Below, piece after piece: positions 12,998-24,170 of a DNA stretch of 64,000 bases. The position numbers and the translations under genes were made by a program. The notes under the pieces are model-generated. The model did no database searches and was not told the DNA's origin. It saw only the letters and a program-made list of their open reading frames with translations. Numbering within the stretch: position 1 is the stretch's first letter; every line of letters starts with the position of its first letter. Source of the DNA: Balanoglossus misakiensis (lineage: Eukaryota; Animalia; Hemichordata); the NCBI GenBank assembly GCA_040954595.2, contig CM082597.2, positions 5,027,244 to 5,091,243 of the forward strand, read 5' to 3'.

Positions 12998-13717
12998 ACC
13001 ACCACAATCAGCTAAATCACCACCACATTCAGTGTCATGTCGCTGCCGCTGCTAATTACGATCACACATTCTATTCTGCTTGCGTTTCATTTAACAAGAG
13101 TAAGATAACACTGAAAATATCCAAGATCAGATATGTGTTTTACACTTTCTTCAAACATTCTTTTTTTACGTACTTTGCATACTTCTCCTGCCGTACAATT
13201 TTCTACTGTTGTGTTCTCATTGGCTGAAAGACAGTCACTGTTGGCGTCCCCTAAACAGTCATAACATTGCAAGGCTTGTGTAGTCGCTGAAAGAAATAGA
13301 AGCATAACATTGGTGTATTAGCTTCAGTTTCTCACACGAATTTTACCACTAATGGCATAATACGGTGCATGCGTTTGTGTCTTCGTCGGGGGGGGGAGGG
13401 GGTGCATTCTGTTTAAGAAAAAAAATTACCTAGAATTTTCATCTAAAATGAACAAAGGTCGATAACTCAGAACATATGCAAATCTTTAAGAAAATGTTCA
13501 CATGCAACAGAGCAGGGGTTTAACAAATATCTAACAATAGATCATTTTTAGTATACATGTACATGGGTTGATCTTTTGAAGTTGGTCCACAGCAACCGTT
13601 TAAAATATGACAGGTAACTTCTGGGGTAAAACTCTATATAATTAGAACTTTGTTGCATACGAATCAGTACTTACCATAGAGCAGACACACGGCGAAAACG
13701 AACAACAAATACTTCAT
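12094..13717 (-). CDS. Single-domain Ly6/uPAR three-finger protein, predicted GPI-anchored
   Basis: Exons 13717-13675 (MKYLLFVFAVCLLY), 13286-13174 (TTQALQCYDCLGDANSDCLSANENTTVENCTAGEVCK), 12901-12808 (TKRSYLASAFILVQRECSSSCSAGDGRFWGT), 12218-12094 (DIIGCCNTDNCNDADFSGVSLTTSSIIVVCVSLMAAIATV*). Ten Cys, CCxxxxCN motif, hydrophobic C-terminal tail; all splice phases consistent. Confidence 0.93.
12690..12775. mobile_element. ~90-bp piggyBac-like MITE family B, degenerate copy
   Basis: CCTTTCACCC...GGTCCAACCTTACCATAG...TTTGGACTGAACCATGGCGGCGAAAGGGG; homologous to 18233-18318. Confidence 0.75.
12924..13005. repeat. (ATC)n-(AAC)n microsatellite
   Basis: Directly visible. Confidence 0.95.
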
Positions 13718-16700
13718 GATATTTGTATGTGGAATTCTGGAAGAAGAAATGAAATCAATATTATAAAATATGATTATCTGAATTGGAAAGTGTAAATATT
13801 TACAGGCATTGTAGAATCACAACTCTCGTGAAGGGGTCGCCGTTTTGAAAAAATGTAAGTTGGCGACCTATTTGTCTTTCGTGAACTTGGCCCAGTGTTA
13901 TCGTGTTCGTTTTTGTTTGTTTTTGTTTTTTTTTTCAGGATGGGAAATATGTGATATTTCGGCTCCAAATCGCGAATCATGACCTTGGTCGTGAAGTCGT
14001 CGGAGCCATTGTTTACCTTGGTCGCATGGCAACCGCGCTGCTACAGGCAGCAATTGGACATTGCATTGTTGATTACGTCACATATGGTGTTAGACCTGTA
14101 CATGTATTGGGTAACACGTGAATAAAATGTGCAATTGTGGATTTGAAAGAATAACGACATTTGTCCACTCCTCAATGAACTGGCATAATCAGATTCTATT
14201 CCTCGCGAATGTGCCCATTCTTATTCAAATGCAGCGCGCATTTATGGCTTAACCGCGAATTTCAAGGACTTAAGTAAAATATAACCCCCTAGCCATATGG
14301 TTGACACAAACAGTATCATTAAACCGGATAATTACCATTTTGGGATAATTGGATACGATTAAAATGTGTTCAAAATAAACAGGATTCGTTGTACATGGGG
14401 AAATGTTGTAAATCTCTGCCATTGTTTGAAGAAAACTGTGGATGGATAGCACCACTGTTATGCTGAGAGTTTTACACACTTTATCAACATGTAATTATCG
14501 CAGAATATTTCCAATCGTCTTATTAGTTTCTGGCGTTATTAAAAAGCAATTAGATCTTCTGCCACTAATATCCGCTTAGCTGGCCGCACATGTGTATACA
14601 GACGTCGCCGAATTAACCAGAAAATGGGATTTAATCGAGTGGTCTTTTCCGCGAATCACCAGTCTGGTTACGTCACGACAACGATCGATTGTTTCATTAT
14701 TGTGTCAAAGAGTCGTCATTGTGAGAAATGCTGTATCCGTTAATATGCATACCGCGAAGTGATCGCCGGATGGAAAAGAATTGAAGCGGGCGTATCCAGC
14801 TCCTGAATTCAAATTGTCTAACCCAGATGAAAGGATCTAAAGCGTGGATTGGACTATACATTATCGTCCGTTTGTTTACCTGTCCGAAATGTACCACCTG
14901 TACATATATGACAGACTGCTCGAACGTGTTTAGTATTGAAAGATATCATTCTCGAATCTAAATGTTTCAGGACTCGAACCCTAGCAAATGATATGTTATC
15001 GCCAAAATAAAGTTCCATTGAAATCGTTATCAAATTAATCTAATTAATTGAGATAAAACTGAAAAGGAAGGCGCGCCTTTAAGAAAGATGAACGGTGTTA
15101 CATTTTTCGTGTGCACTCCCACGTCGTTGAACCGGCCAGTGATTGCAACTTTTGCAAAAGTATATTTATCTGATGATCTCAAATTTCCACTAGTGTTCAC
15201 TGTGCGTTGACGGCAACTCATAATTAGAAACCGGCATGAAAAATGGAAGGATAGTTAAGATAAGGTAAGGTACTGCATGTAGTGTGGTAAGGTATGGTGT
15301 GGTAAAGTAAACTTGAAAACTCACCAGATGATTCGCTTGTGCTTTGACAGAAGCAGAATAATTCTCTCTGGTGGGTGTGAATCGAGTAGTTGATACTCTG
15401 AAAGTGATGTTTAGTTGCCAAGTTGTCTACCTAAATCAGTCCGATTTCTTTATTATGCAAATCGTGACGCACTTGTCGTTATGCTAATAGTTGACGTTAC
15501 TTAATTCAGTTATTGTATAATTAATGAAAGGCCTAGAACTGAAAGCGTCAATTGTCTTCGCCAGTTTGGTTCGTTGCCATGGAAGGCGCGCGGGACGCCT
15601 TGTGCAGTCGTTCCCAACAGGTGCATGACGTAAGACCCACAGGGGCTGTTGTAATGTAAGCAAGCAACGGAATAAGTCTTTAAACCCATGTTAATTTGCT
15701 AGTAGACCCACTCTATGGTTCGTTGTCTTTTCTTTGTGACTGGAACAGAAAAATGTTGTCTGCATGCTTCAGTAACTACTGGTATCCACCATTCGCATGA
15801 ATGCATAACATGAATCGATTGGTCATCGATCGGGCTATTTCTGTCCGTGTTTTATTACCACCACAGGTGAATAATAGGAGTTTTCATAGCAAGCAGCTGA
15901 TTGGCGGTCGAACTTCTTTGCGCATGGTCAGAAGTGACTGCCATGGAGAAGTTGAGAAAAGACAATGGTTGCCGAGTATCGATCTGCTGTGTTCGACGTC
16001 AACTTTTCAAGAGGTTTCAGAGTATCACGGCGGTCATGGAAACATAAAGAAACCGCCTCCAGGGAGGATGCTAATCCTTGAACCACGGTTATGAGCATAT
16101 AGCAGTATTAAGGCGTGCGCCCGGTAGAATACATGAAAATGTCGCCGTTGTTAGGTAGTGTGCGACTGCAGAGGTTTGGGGACGACCGTGGCGATGGCGG
16201 GAAAACTCACCGGTCGTCGCACGTCATTTTGTGTCTCATTTATGTAAAGTGGTTGCGTTCGATGCAAGTCTTCCATGAGGTGAACGCCCTTTTTAGTAGC
16301 CCCCAAAAAGGGAGCGACCTTTTCCCGGCCATGATTGGGATCCCCCTGGCGTCGTTCCACCAAGGGCGGGTCTTCATGCACCAAGCTGCATGGTGGTTGG
16401 AACTGTAACATTTGTCACCTAAAACCCGCATAAATGTTATTTTTACACATTTGGTAGTTTAGTCTCCGTCAATCTCTGTGTGAACTTTATGAAAATGAGT
16501 ACCACACAATTTTCTTCTTTGTTTTCAAGACTTCTCACACACTTTAGTAAAGAAATTAAAGTGTGTTTTTTTTCACTTATCCCCAAGAACATTTTCATGT
16601 TGTTGATTACATAGCACAAATACTGATATTGATATAACTCTTCATGAGTAAACAAAATAATGAAAATGAAGCCAAAAGACACAGCTAATGTTCCTTTAAC

Positions 16701-16728
16701 AATACACCTGCAATTTTCCATCATCTAC

Positions 16729-17455
16729 TCATAACTTCTCTTTATGTTTCTTCTTCTTTTTCTTTCTTCTGTCATCTTTTTCAAAATCTGTGTCTGAATG
16801 AGAGTGTTTCCGTTTTCTTCTCTTAAAATTCCCGTCATTTTCGTCAGTATTGCTGGATTTCCCATCCACACTGGCTGCCTTGTGTCTTTTATGTTTCTTG
16901 TGTTTTGAGTTCCTTGATTTCTCAGTTTTGGAGTGCGTTCTTTTCCCTGAATGATTCCTGCCCTCTTTCTTGTGTTGTCTCTGATTGGATTCTGTCTCAT
17001 CTACAGAGGAAATACTCTCTGATTTTCTCCTTCGGTGTTTTTCCTTCCTCTCTTTTGTCGTTTTCTTGGATTTCTTCTTGCCTCTGTAAAGAAAATGGTT
17101 GCATAACATGAAAGTGATGAAATTCTTCTTAGGGACAATCTCAATATTCTCAAGAATCTTCCAGCGTTCAAGACATAAGCATTGAATGAAATACTTTGTT
17201 ACAAAATTGATGGTAATAGTACATCATATTACATGACAAACTGGTGTTGATGTATCAAAGTTACAGTGTATCATGCATGCACTAAGCATCAGTAATGAGA
17301 GACAAATATATGAATTAAAGGCACATGGATTAAGCCACTCTAAGGTAAGTTTTAGTTAACAGGATGGACCTCAATGGAACATTAAAACCTCTTTATCAGC
17401 AGTTTGAACTACTCTTTCAAGATCAATTTAATATAAAGTACTAACTAACTAACTT

Positions 17456-17504
<49 letters not shown>

Positions 17505-19164
17505 ATAAATAAATAGATAAATAAATAAATAAATAAATAAATACATTAATAAATTAATTAATTAATTAATCAATTAATTAATTATTAAATTCTCTATTGG
17601 AAATCATATATAATTAATAGAATCTCTCACTTTATATTGAAAACAATGTTAACTGTTCTTTCACAACTACGTTAAATGAATGAATAAATGAATTTGTCCA
17701 TCCATCAATCAATCAAATAAAACAAATAACCTGGGTGATATGAATACCTTTTCAGACCCATTTCCTTGCAAATGAGCTAAACCCAAATTGGCCCTTACTG
17801 TGGAAATGAAAACAAAAAGGTGGAAGGAACAATATTCACCTCTTCTCATTCTTTTTCTTTTTTCTCCTTTTGGTGGCATTGTCACTGTCATCATCACTGC
17901 TGTTTTCGCTTCCAAAATCATCCGGGTAAAGTTCTTTATATCCACTGTGACCCCATCTGCAAAAAAATACAAAACATGTTTGGTATCATTGTAAATTCCA
18001 CTTTCCATTTTGGGCCAAAACAGTGGTTTGAGTTATGTTGTATTGTAAAACACCTTGATGTAGCGGCATGCTGTTTTAACGATTTTTTATTCTGAATACA
18101 ATTAGCAGGTTTTTAATTTAGCTATGAAGGCATCCCCAGCTCTTATAACTTCTGATCCTGTTTTCAGTATGTCAGTTCTGTGTGTAATGGATAGATAAAT
18201 TTGACATTCTCATTGTGTATGTACATCCTTAACCCTTTCACCCCCGGTTCCCTCTTTACAGGTCCAACTTTACCATAGGAAACAATGGGTTTGGACCGAA
18301 CCATATTGGTGAACGGGGTTAAAACAATTAGCAATGAGCAAACAACAAGTTTGGACACTGCAATTATATGTACCTGTTAGAATCTTCCTCTTCAGCCTGG
18401 TAAAGTTTTTTCATCCAAAAATTTCCACTTGGGCCATCTTCTGTTCGGTCGTCGTGGTAACTTTTATATCTCGCGGACTCTTTAAGATCAGGATATTTTC
18501 TATTCTCAACAGAAAATAAGTGTAAATAAATTAACACTAATGCGAGGTATAGTGAGCCCTGCAACTTGCAAGTCCATATGGCGCGCTGCTTACTCAACAA
18601 ACTCACTGGTGACTCAAGAAAATCATCCACACTACATGCAAAGATATGGGGCTGACTCAGGGAATTTTTTAGAAATCCTCAAATTGACTCAATTTAAGTC
18701 CGGACTAGAATTCATTTGTAAATGATAACAATGGCCGTCACACACATACAGGCTATGTTGACAAGCAGCATACTGGGTATATGAGCATGCTGTTTGGAGT
18801 CGAACAAGAAATCACATGTGGTACATAGAACAAGAAACCTGAAAATGTAGCCAAAAGTTACGGCGAATGCCCCTTTCACCATGTGTCCCCCTATAGTGGT
18901 CCAACTTTACTAAGGAAAACAATGAATTTGGACCAAACCATGGTGGTGAAGGGGTTAAACGGATTATTTCAAATGGGTGGATGATTCTTGTGAATGGGAG
19001 AGTACTTAGAGCAATGATCGTTTCCATGACTACCTGTGAGAGTCTCCATCTTTTTCTTTCTCCCACATTTTCCACATCTCCGTCTCTTCCTGGATTTTAT
19101 TGTGAGCTCCAGTGTGCCGTATGTAGTTCCGCAGGAGTTGCTTATCCACGCCAGTCTTTGCCAT
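16729..19164 (-). CDS. NKAPD1: NKAP domain-containing protein 1 (C11orf57) ortholog
   Basis: Exons 19164-19034 ([32 protein letters not shown]), 18499-18374 (...[15 protein letters not shown]), 17956-17840 ([15 protein letters not shown]...), 17083-16729 (Lys/Arg/His-rich tail). [23 protein letters not shown] and RWGHSGxKELYP are motifs I recall from C11orf57; all three introns are phase 2. Confidence 0.9.
17438..17588. repeat. (CTAA)n-(AAAT)n-(TTAA)n compound microsatellite
   Basis: Directly visible in an NKAPD1 intron. Confidence 0.92.
18233..18318. mobile_element. ~90-bp piggyBac-like MITE family B, best copy
   Basis: TTAA-CCCTTTCACC...GGTGAACGGGG-TTAA; other copies near 12690, 18870-18954, 57640-57726 and a fragment at 63499-63527. 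Confidence 0.85.
18870..18954. mobile_element. MITE family B copy
   Basis: CCCCTTTCACC...TTTGGACCAAACCATGGTGGTGAAGGGG-TTAA. Confidence 0.8.
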
Positions 19165-19599
19165 TGTATCAGAACCTACAGTAGATCACCTGTAAGCAAA
19201 ATGGCACGTTGTGTGTTATAAGTATTATGAAAGGCCAACCTTACTACGCAGTGGCTACGTACACGGTCTAAAACCAAATTGTTGACCTTGTTTTACCATG
19301 GGAATTTTACAATAAATGGATATGAAAATTTGACAGTATGGGTTGAATAACACACAGTCGCATGTGGGACCCAGTTCGCTCACCGCCAATTGCCATGGAC
19401 TGTCCTGTATATGCGCGAAATTTTAGTACATAGTACATATACAACCATGGCTGGTTTTCGTGTTTGTACGAGACACCCCGTAGTATATTACTTATTAGCA
19501 ATGTGTTCCCGGCGTTAAACGGCCTCCCTGACATGCCCTCTCTAGTCATGGGACTAATCGCAGTCTGTATTAAGCGACTGTGGGCTCTGAAGCCAAAGC

Positions 19600-20386
19600 A
19601 ACAAAGATCGTGTACTCACACTTGGATTAGGTACGTAACCAGGTCAGGGCGTGCAGCCGAAGAGAATTCGAGGAATTGGTTCAGAATGACGACATGTTCA
19701 TTCTCGATTCGAGCTGAGATAACTGTGGAGTAAATTACTATCTTGTACGCATTACTGAATAAATGAAAACGATGTGCATTACTGACCAGAATGCCGAAAT
19801 ATTACGGAACACGGAAGTCAAAGTGTTCACGATACCAATGCTCGTGTGCTAACGTCACTAGTACGCAACAAACAGTGACGTAAGACCCAGCTGTGACGTA
19901 GTACACACCAGGAAACCCCCTTGCTGAAAATAGTTTATGGTAGGCAGGGCAGTCGCGACGCAGGCGATAGGCAAAGGACGTGTCCAAGCGACAGCACAGG
20001 ACGACATGCAAATCGTACTAATGGCGATCGTCGATAAATAAAAGGTAATCCTAGCGAACATGATCTTATGGATGTTTTTATTCGTCTATTTACGCTTGAC
20101 ACTGCGTCCCCGTGCGCGTGTGACAGGGCTGTGTGTGTTGTTTACCACCTGCACCCCAACAAATCGCCGGTAACTAGCTGTGCGTACAGGTCTGTGTGCT
20201 CCCCATGATCCCGGCGTTACACGGCCTCCAGCCAACCTGTCAAAAGTCACAACATACAAGCTTAGGGTAGGAGGAAGGCCTATATGTTGATGTTTTACGA
20301 GCGCAAATGTATATTGTATGTACGATTACAGATTTGCTGTCAGACACTGACTGAGACAGGAAGCGCGTCGAGATTTCACGGTCGCC
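19600..20386. promoter_or_regulatory. Probable bidirectional promoter and 5' UTR exons of NKAPD1/PIH1D2
   Basis: Divergent ATGs 1.2 kb apart; CpG-rich; ETS-like CGGAAGT near 19811; TGACGT(A) near 19876 and 19894; candidate UTR donors at ~19619 (minus) and ~20045 (plus), acceptors at ~19190 (minus) and 20343 (plus). Confidence 0.6.
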
Positions 20387-23358
20387 ATGGAGACGAACCA
20401 GGAACTCTTACAGAAAGCCCAGCATATCTGGAATATGCTGGATGAAATGGTGGACTCCGATCCTCAGAGTTACGATAAATTCATCAAGGGCCAAATGAGT
20501 GAAGGTCGTCAAATGTTTGCAACCCCCAGACCCTACATGTGTGTTGTCACAGATCTCTTGGTAAGTAGTGGTACCCTTTTTATTCTCTCTCTGTCTGTCT
20601 GTTTCTCTCTCTTCCTCTCTGTATCTGTCTGTCTATGCCTGCCTGTCCGCTTTGTTCCTCTTTGTCTGCCTGTCTGTCTGTCTCTCTTCCTCTCTGTATG
20701 TGTCTGTCTATGTCTGGCTGTCTGCCTGTCTGTCTGCCCGCTCTGTTCCTCTTTGTCTGGCTGTCTCTATTTCTCTTTGTATGTGTCTGTCTATGTCTGC
20801 CTGTCTGTCTGCCCGCTTTGTTCCTCTTTGTCTGCCTGTCTGTCTGTCTCTCTTCCTCTCTGTATGTGTCTGTCTATGTCTGGCTGTCTGCCTGTCTGTC
20901 TGCCCGCTCTGTTCCTCTTTGTCTGGCTGTCTCTGTTTCTCTTTGTATGTGTCTGTCTATGTCTGCCTGTCTGTCTGCCCGCTCTGTTCCTCTTTGTCTG
21001 TCTGTCTGTCTGTCTCTCTTCCTCTCTGTATGTGTCTGTCTATGTCTGGCTGTCTGCCTGTCTGTCTGCCCGCTCTGTTCCTCTTTGTCTGGCTGTCTCT
21101 GTTTCTCTTTGTATGTGTCTGTCTATGTCTGCCTGTCTGTCTGCCCGCTCTGTTCCTCTTTGTCTGTCTGTCTGTCTGTCTCTCTTCCTCTATGTATGTG
21201 TCTGTCTATGTCTGGCTGTCTGCCCAGTGTCTGTCTGCCCGCTCTGTTCCTCTTTGTCTGGCTGTCTCTGTTTCTCTTTGTATGTGTCTGTCTATGTCTG
21301 CCTGTCTGTCTGCCCACTCTATTCCTCTTTGTCTGTCTCTGTTCCTCTCTGTATGTGTATGACTGTCTATGCCTGTCTGTCTGTCTTCCTCTGTCTGTAT
21401 TTATCTGTGTGTGTGTTTGTGTGTCTGTCTGTCAGCCCCCATCTAGTTTTGTTTTAACTTCAGTACCATAGTTTGAGTTAGGCACATGCTCTGAAAGCCA
21501 AGGTTATATACTTCCACGCTCTGTCATTTTTGTTACACAGTTTTTGTACCCCTGAACTGAGATTGTGGTCTGAGGGCCTCACACACTTGCTCAGAGGGGG
21601 GGGGGGGGGGATTATAGAGGTGGGGCTATATACTGTAAAATTTACCACTCTCGTCACCATTGCAGCATCCCAGGAAAGAAAAGCTGTATGTCAACATAAC
21701 CAGCTGGGTTCGTGTACCGAAACCCAAGACACGAGAGGATCCCATTCCGGTGATAGCTGATTCCATGGACCGGAGAAAACAAGGAAAAGGTAAACAACAT
21801 TCCTTCTTAACATACAATAACACTCCATTGTCTGTAATGTTTGGTTATTTTATCAGTATTTTTATTCTATGGCTCCATGAATCAGGGTTAAAGCCCCAAT
21901 AGCTGTCATTGTATACATTCTTTTCATGATTTGATTTTCAAAATTGTGGGTATACACAGACACATTATCAGCTTTTGACCATAGCTGTACAGTAAAGGGA
22001 CACTAGCTGTAAATGTTAGCTTTATTTTTATTATTTTACATACTGTACAGTGAAACCTGTCATTACGGACACCTCTGTAATCAGGACACCTCTCTATTAA
22101 GGACAGATTTTCTGTTCCCATAGGTGTCCTTAATAGACAGGTTTCACTGTACATACCAAATATTTCTTGTTTTATACCACCAGAGAAGATGTCACTGATC
22201 AACTGTGCTTTCAACCTCAGCGTCTTGGACGAGTGCTGCGAGACGGAAGAAAAGAAAGAAATGCTTGTGAATTTGGCGCTGGATTTCGTGGAACAGAACT
22301 GCGAGGCGAGAGTCTCGCGCGAGTACGAGATCTTGTCCGACAAGAAGTTCAAGGGCAACCCGCAGAGTTTGCGGTTCGCGTTCCAGAAGAAACCACCTCC
22401 GGAGGAAGCTGCCGCGAATGTCTTGAAGGATCCGGACAGTCTCCTGCGGCAGTTCGGGAAAATGACCGCGGATGAAATGGTCGACCCGGGAAAGACGGAC
22501 TCAGTGAGATTTCCAATGGAGTCGACTCCCAAGAATCCGGGATTGATCGAAGAGATCTCCAGCAGCGATGGAAGGTTGGAGAGACCCAAGTGTGAGCTTT
22601 CAGTGAAGGGAGCGTCCGATAAACACCCGAGGCGACTGGTAGCAAAAATCTCCCTACCCGGGGTCGAATCAGTTCAAGAATGTGTTTTGGATATCTCAGA
22701 GGTAAGTGGTCGGTATTAGGTGATAAATAAATACTGGAAAGTAACATAATATTGCATGATAGTGAGGGAAATATAGTATATTGCCTGCCCAAGGTATTGT
22801 TAACACGGTAATGCAATATAGCCTGGTAAAAGAGGTTATATTTTTTATGTTGGAGTTGACATACCTGTTATTGTTAGTCTAGTGATGAGACTAGGAACAA
22901 GCAGGACACTCACTCATATTGGTTGTGTTATGACCGTAGAGGGAGCTTGTTTCTTTACTGCTGTACTCAGGTTCATAGCCTACTATTAGTACTAGCAAAC
23001 TTTGCATCTCAAAATGAAACAAAGCTAAAGTTATTATCATCAAGAACTGACAATTTAATTGAATTAGTACTTTATTTCAGACTTATATAAATGTCCATAT
23101 ACCAAAAATACCTGGAAAATCTACTCAGTCACTTGGATATAATCTTTTGTGGAGAATTATTACCAGTTTGAAAAATACACACACAACTTTACTTATGTTA
23201 TCTTTCATGTCTAGGATGATTTAACTTTGGAGGTCCCTTCCAAGTATCAGCTGCACTTACAGTTACAAGTACTTGTCGTTGAGGACCAAGTGAGTGCCAA
23301 GTTCAGCAAAAAGTCATCGTCCTTGACCGTTACTATGCCCACCAAGCAGCAAAGCTGA
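20387..23358 (+). CDS. PIH1D2: PIH1 domain-containing protein 2 (R2TP-like co-chaperone subunit, dynein assembly factor)
   Basis: Exons 20387-20560 (METNQELLQKAQHIWNMLDEMVDSDPQSYDKFIKGQMSEG...), 21666-21789 (KEKLYVNITSWVRVPKP), 22184-22701, 23215-23358 (DDLTLEVPSKYQLHLQL...SAKFSKKSSSLTVTMP, CS domain). N-terminal WxxLDxxxxSDPxxYxKFI matches PIH1D2; adjacency to NKAPD1 as in human. Confidence 0.9.
20583..21432. repeat. TCTG-derived minisatellite, ~166-170-bp higher-order unit of two subunits, in PIH1D2 intron 1
   Basis: GCCCGCTCTGTTCCTCTTTGTCTG recurs with alternating ~74 and ~92 bp spacing. Confidence 0.9.
22048..22149. mobile_element. Tc1/mariner (pogo-like) MITE with TA target site
   Basis: TA-CAGTGAAACCTGTC...GACAGGTTTCACTG-TA. 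Confidence 0.85.
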
Positions 23359-23831
23359 TCCAGCAGAACCACAGTGTTTAATTAAAAACTAAGAAATTTT
23401 GAAAACAGGAATATGCTGCTCCACTGGTAGAATAATATGCTCTTTTTCCTTTTGTGTTAACATTAAGTGACTATTGTTTTAGCTTTAATATGAGTCAGTT
23501 GATTGATTGATTGATTGATTGTTGACCATATATTTGAATGACAATGTAAGAAAGATGCCATGTATATTTACTGAGACATTCCAGAAATCCATTAAACTTG
23601 ATTTTTTCTAATTCAAATGCAAATACTGGCCGTTTGTAAAGTTATTAAAAAGCATGTAATGTTTGTGACGTTTTGAAGTACGGGCATACAAATATGATTT
23701 CAGAAAGAAATGATATCTCAGACTAGACCCCCTGGGGAACTAAGGATATAGGTCACGTTAGGGAAGCTCAGGGTTAAAAGGGCTAGAAATATAGGCCTTT
23801 CTCGATTTTATTGACAATGTCGTTTCTTTAA

Positions 23832-24170
23832 AGGGACAAAGTCTCTCTCTTGCTGCCCCCTTTCCATTAATTATGCTTGATACAAGACACTGTTTATGTT
23901 ATTCTACATGTGGATATATAGTAAATCAACGTTTAACTACTCACAACTTCCATCCCGTTTGTAGGATATGAGAGTAAAAATCTCATCAAAATGAATAAAT
24001 GGTAAACACCAATTATTCATTTTGGCGAGTTTCTCACTCTCGTGTCTGCAAGTGGGATGGACGTTGTGTGTGGTCGAACGTTGATTCACAATATATGCAC
24101 ATGTACAGTAACATAAATGGTGTCTCGTATCAAACGTAATTAATGGGAAAAGGGCAGCGAGAGAGAGACT
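23832..24170. mobile_element. Foldback MITE family A copy 2, opposite orientation to 730-1075, right TIR tip deleted
   Basis: TTAA(23828-31)-AGGGACAAAGTCTCTC...GAGAGAGACT-TTAA(24171-74); the central loop is the reverse complement of that in copy 1. Confidence 0.9.

Noticed and set aside
11682-13005. HTYI-repeat and poly-Leu/Met ORFs
   Set aside because: Translations of (ATGT)n and (ATC)n/(AAC)n microsatellites.
15870-16420. Telomerase RNA or another known structured ncRNA
   Set aside because: No CTAACCCTAA-type template and no SRP, RNase P or snRNA signature that I could recognise.
20561-21471. Long Cys/Leu/Val/Ser-rich ORFs (356, 264, 278 aa)
   Set aside because: Stop-free translation of a TCTG minisatellite in PIH1D2 intron 1; the real exon ends at the GT donor at 20561.
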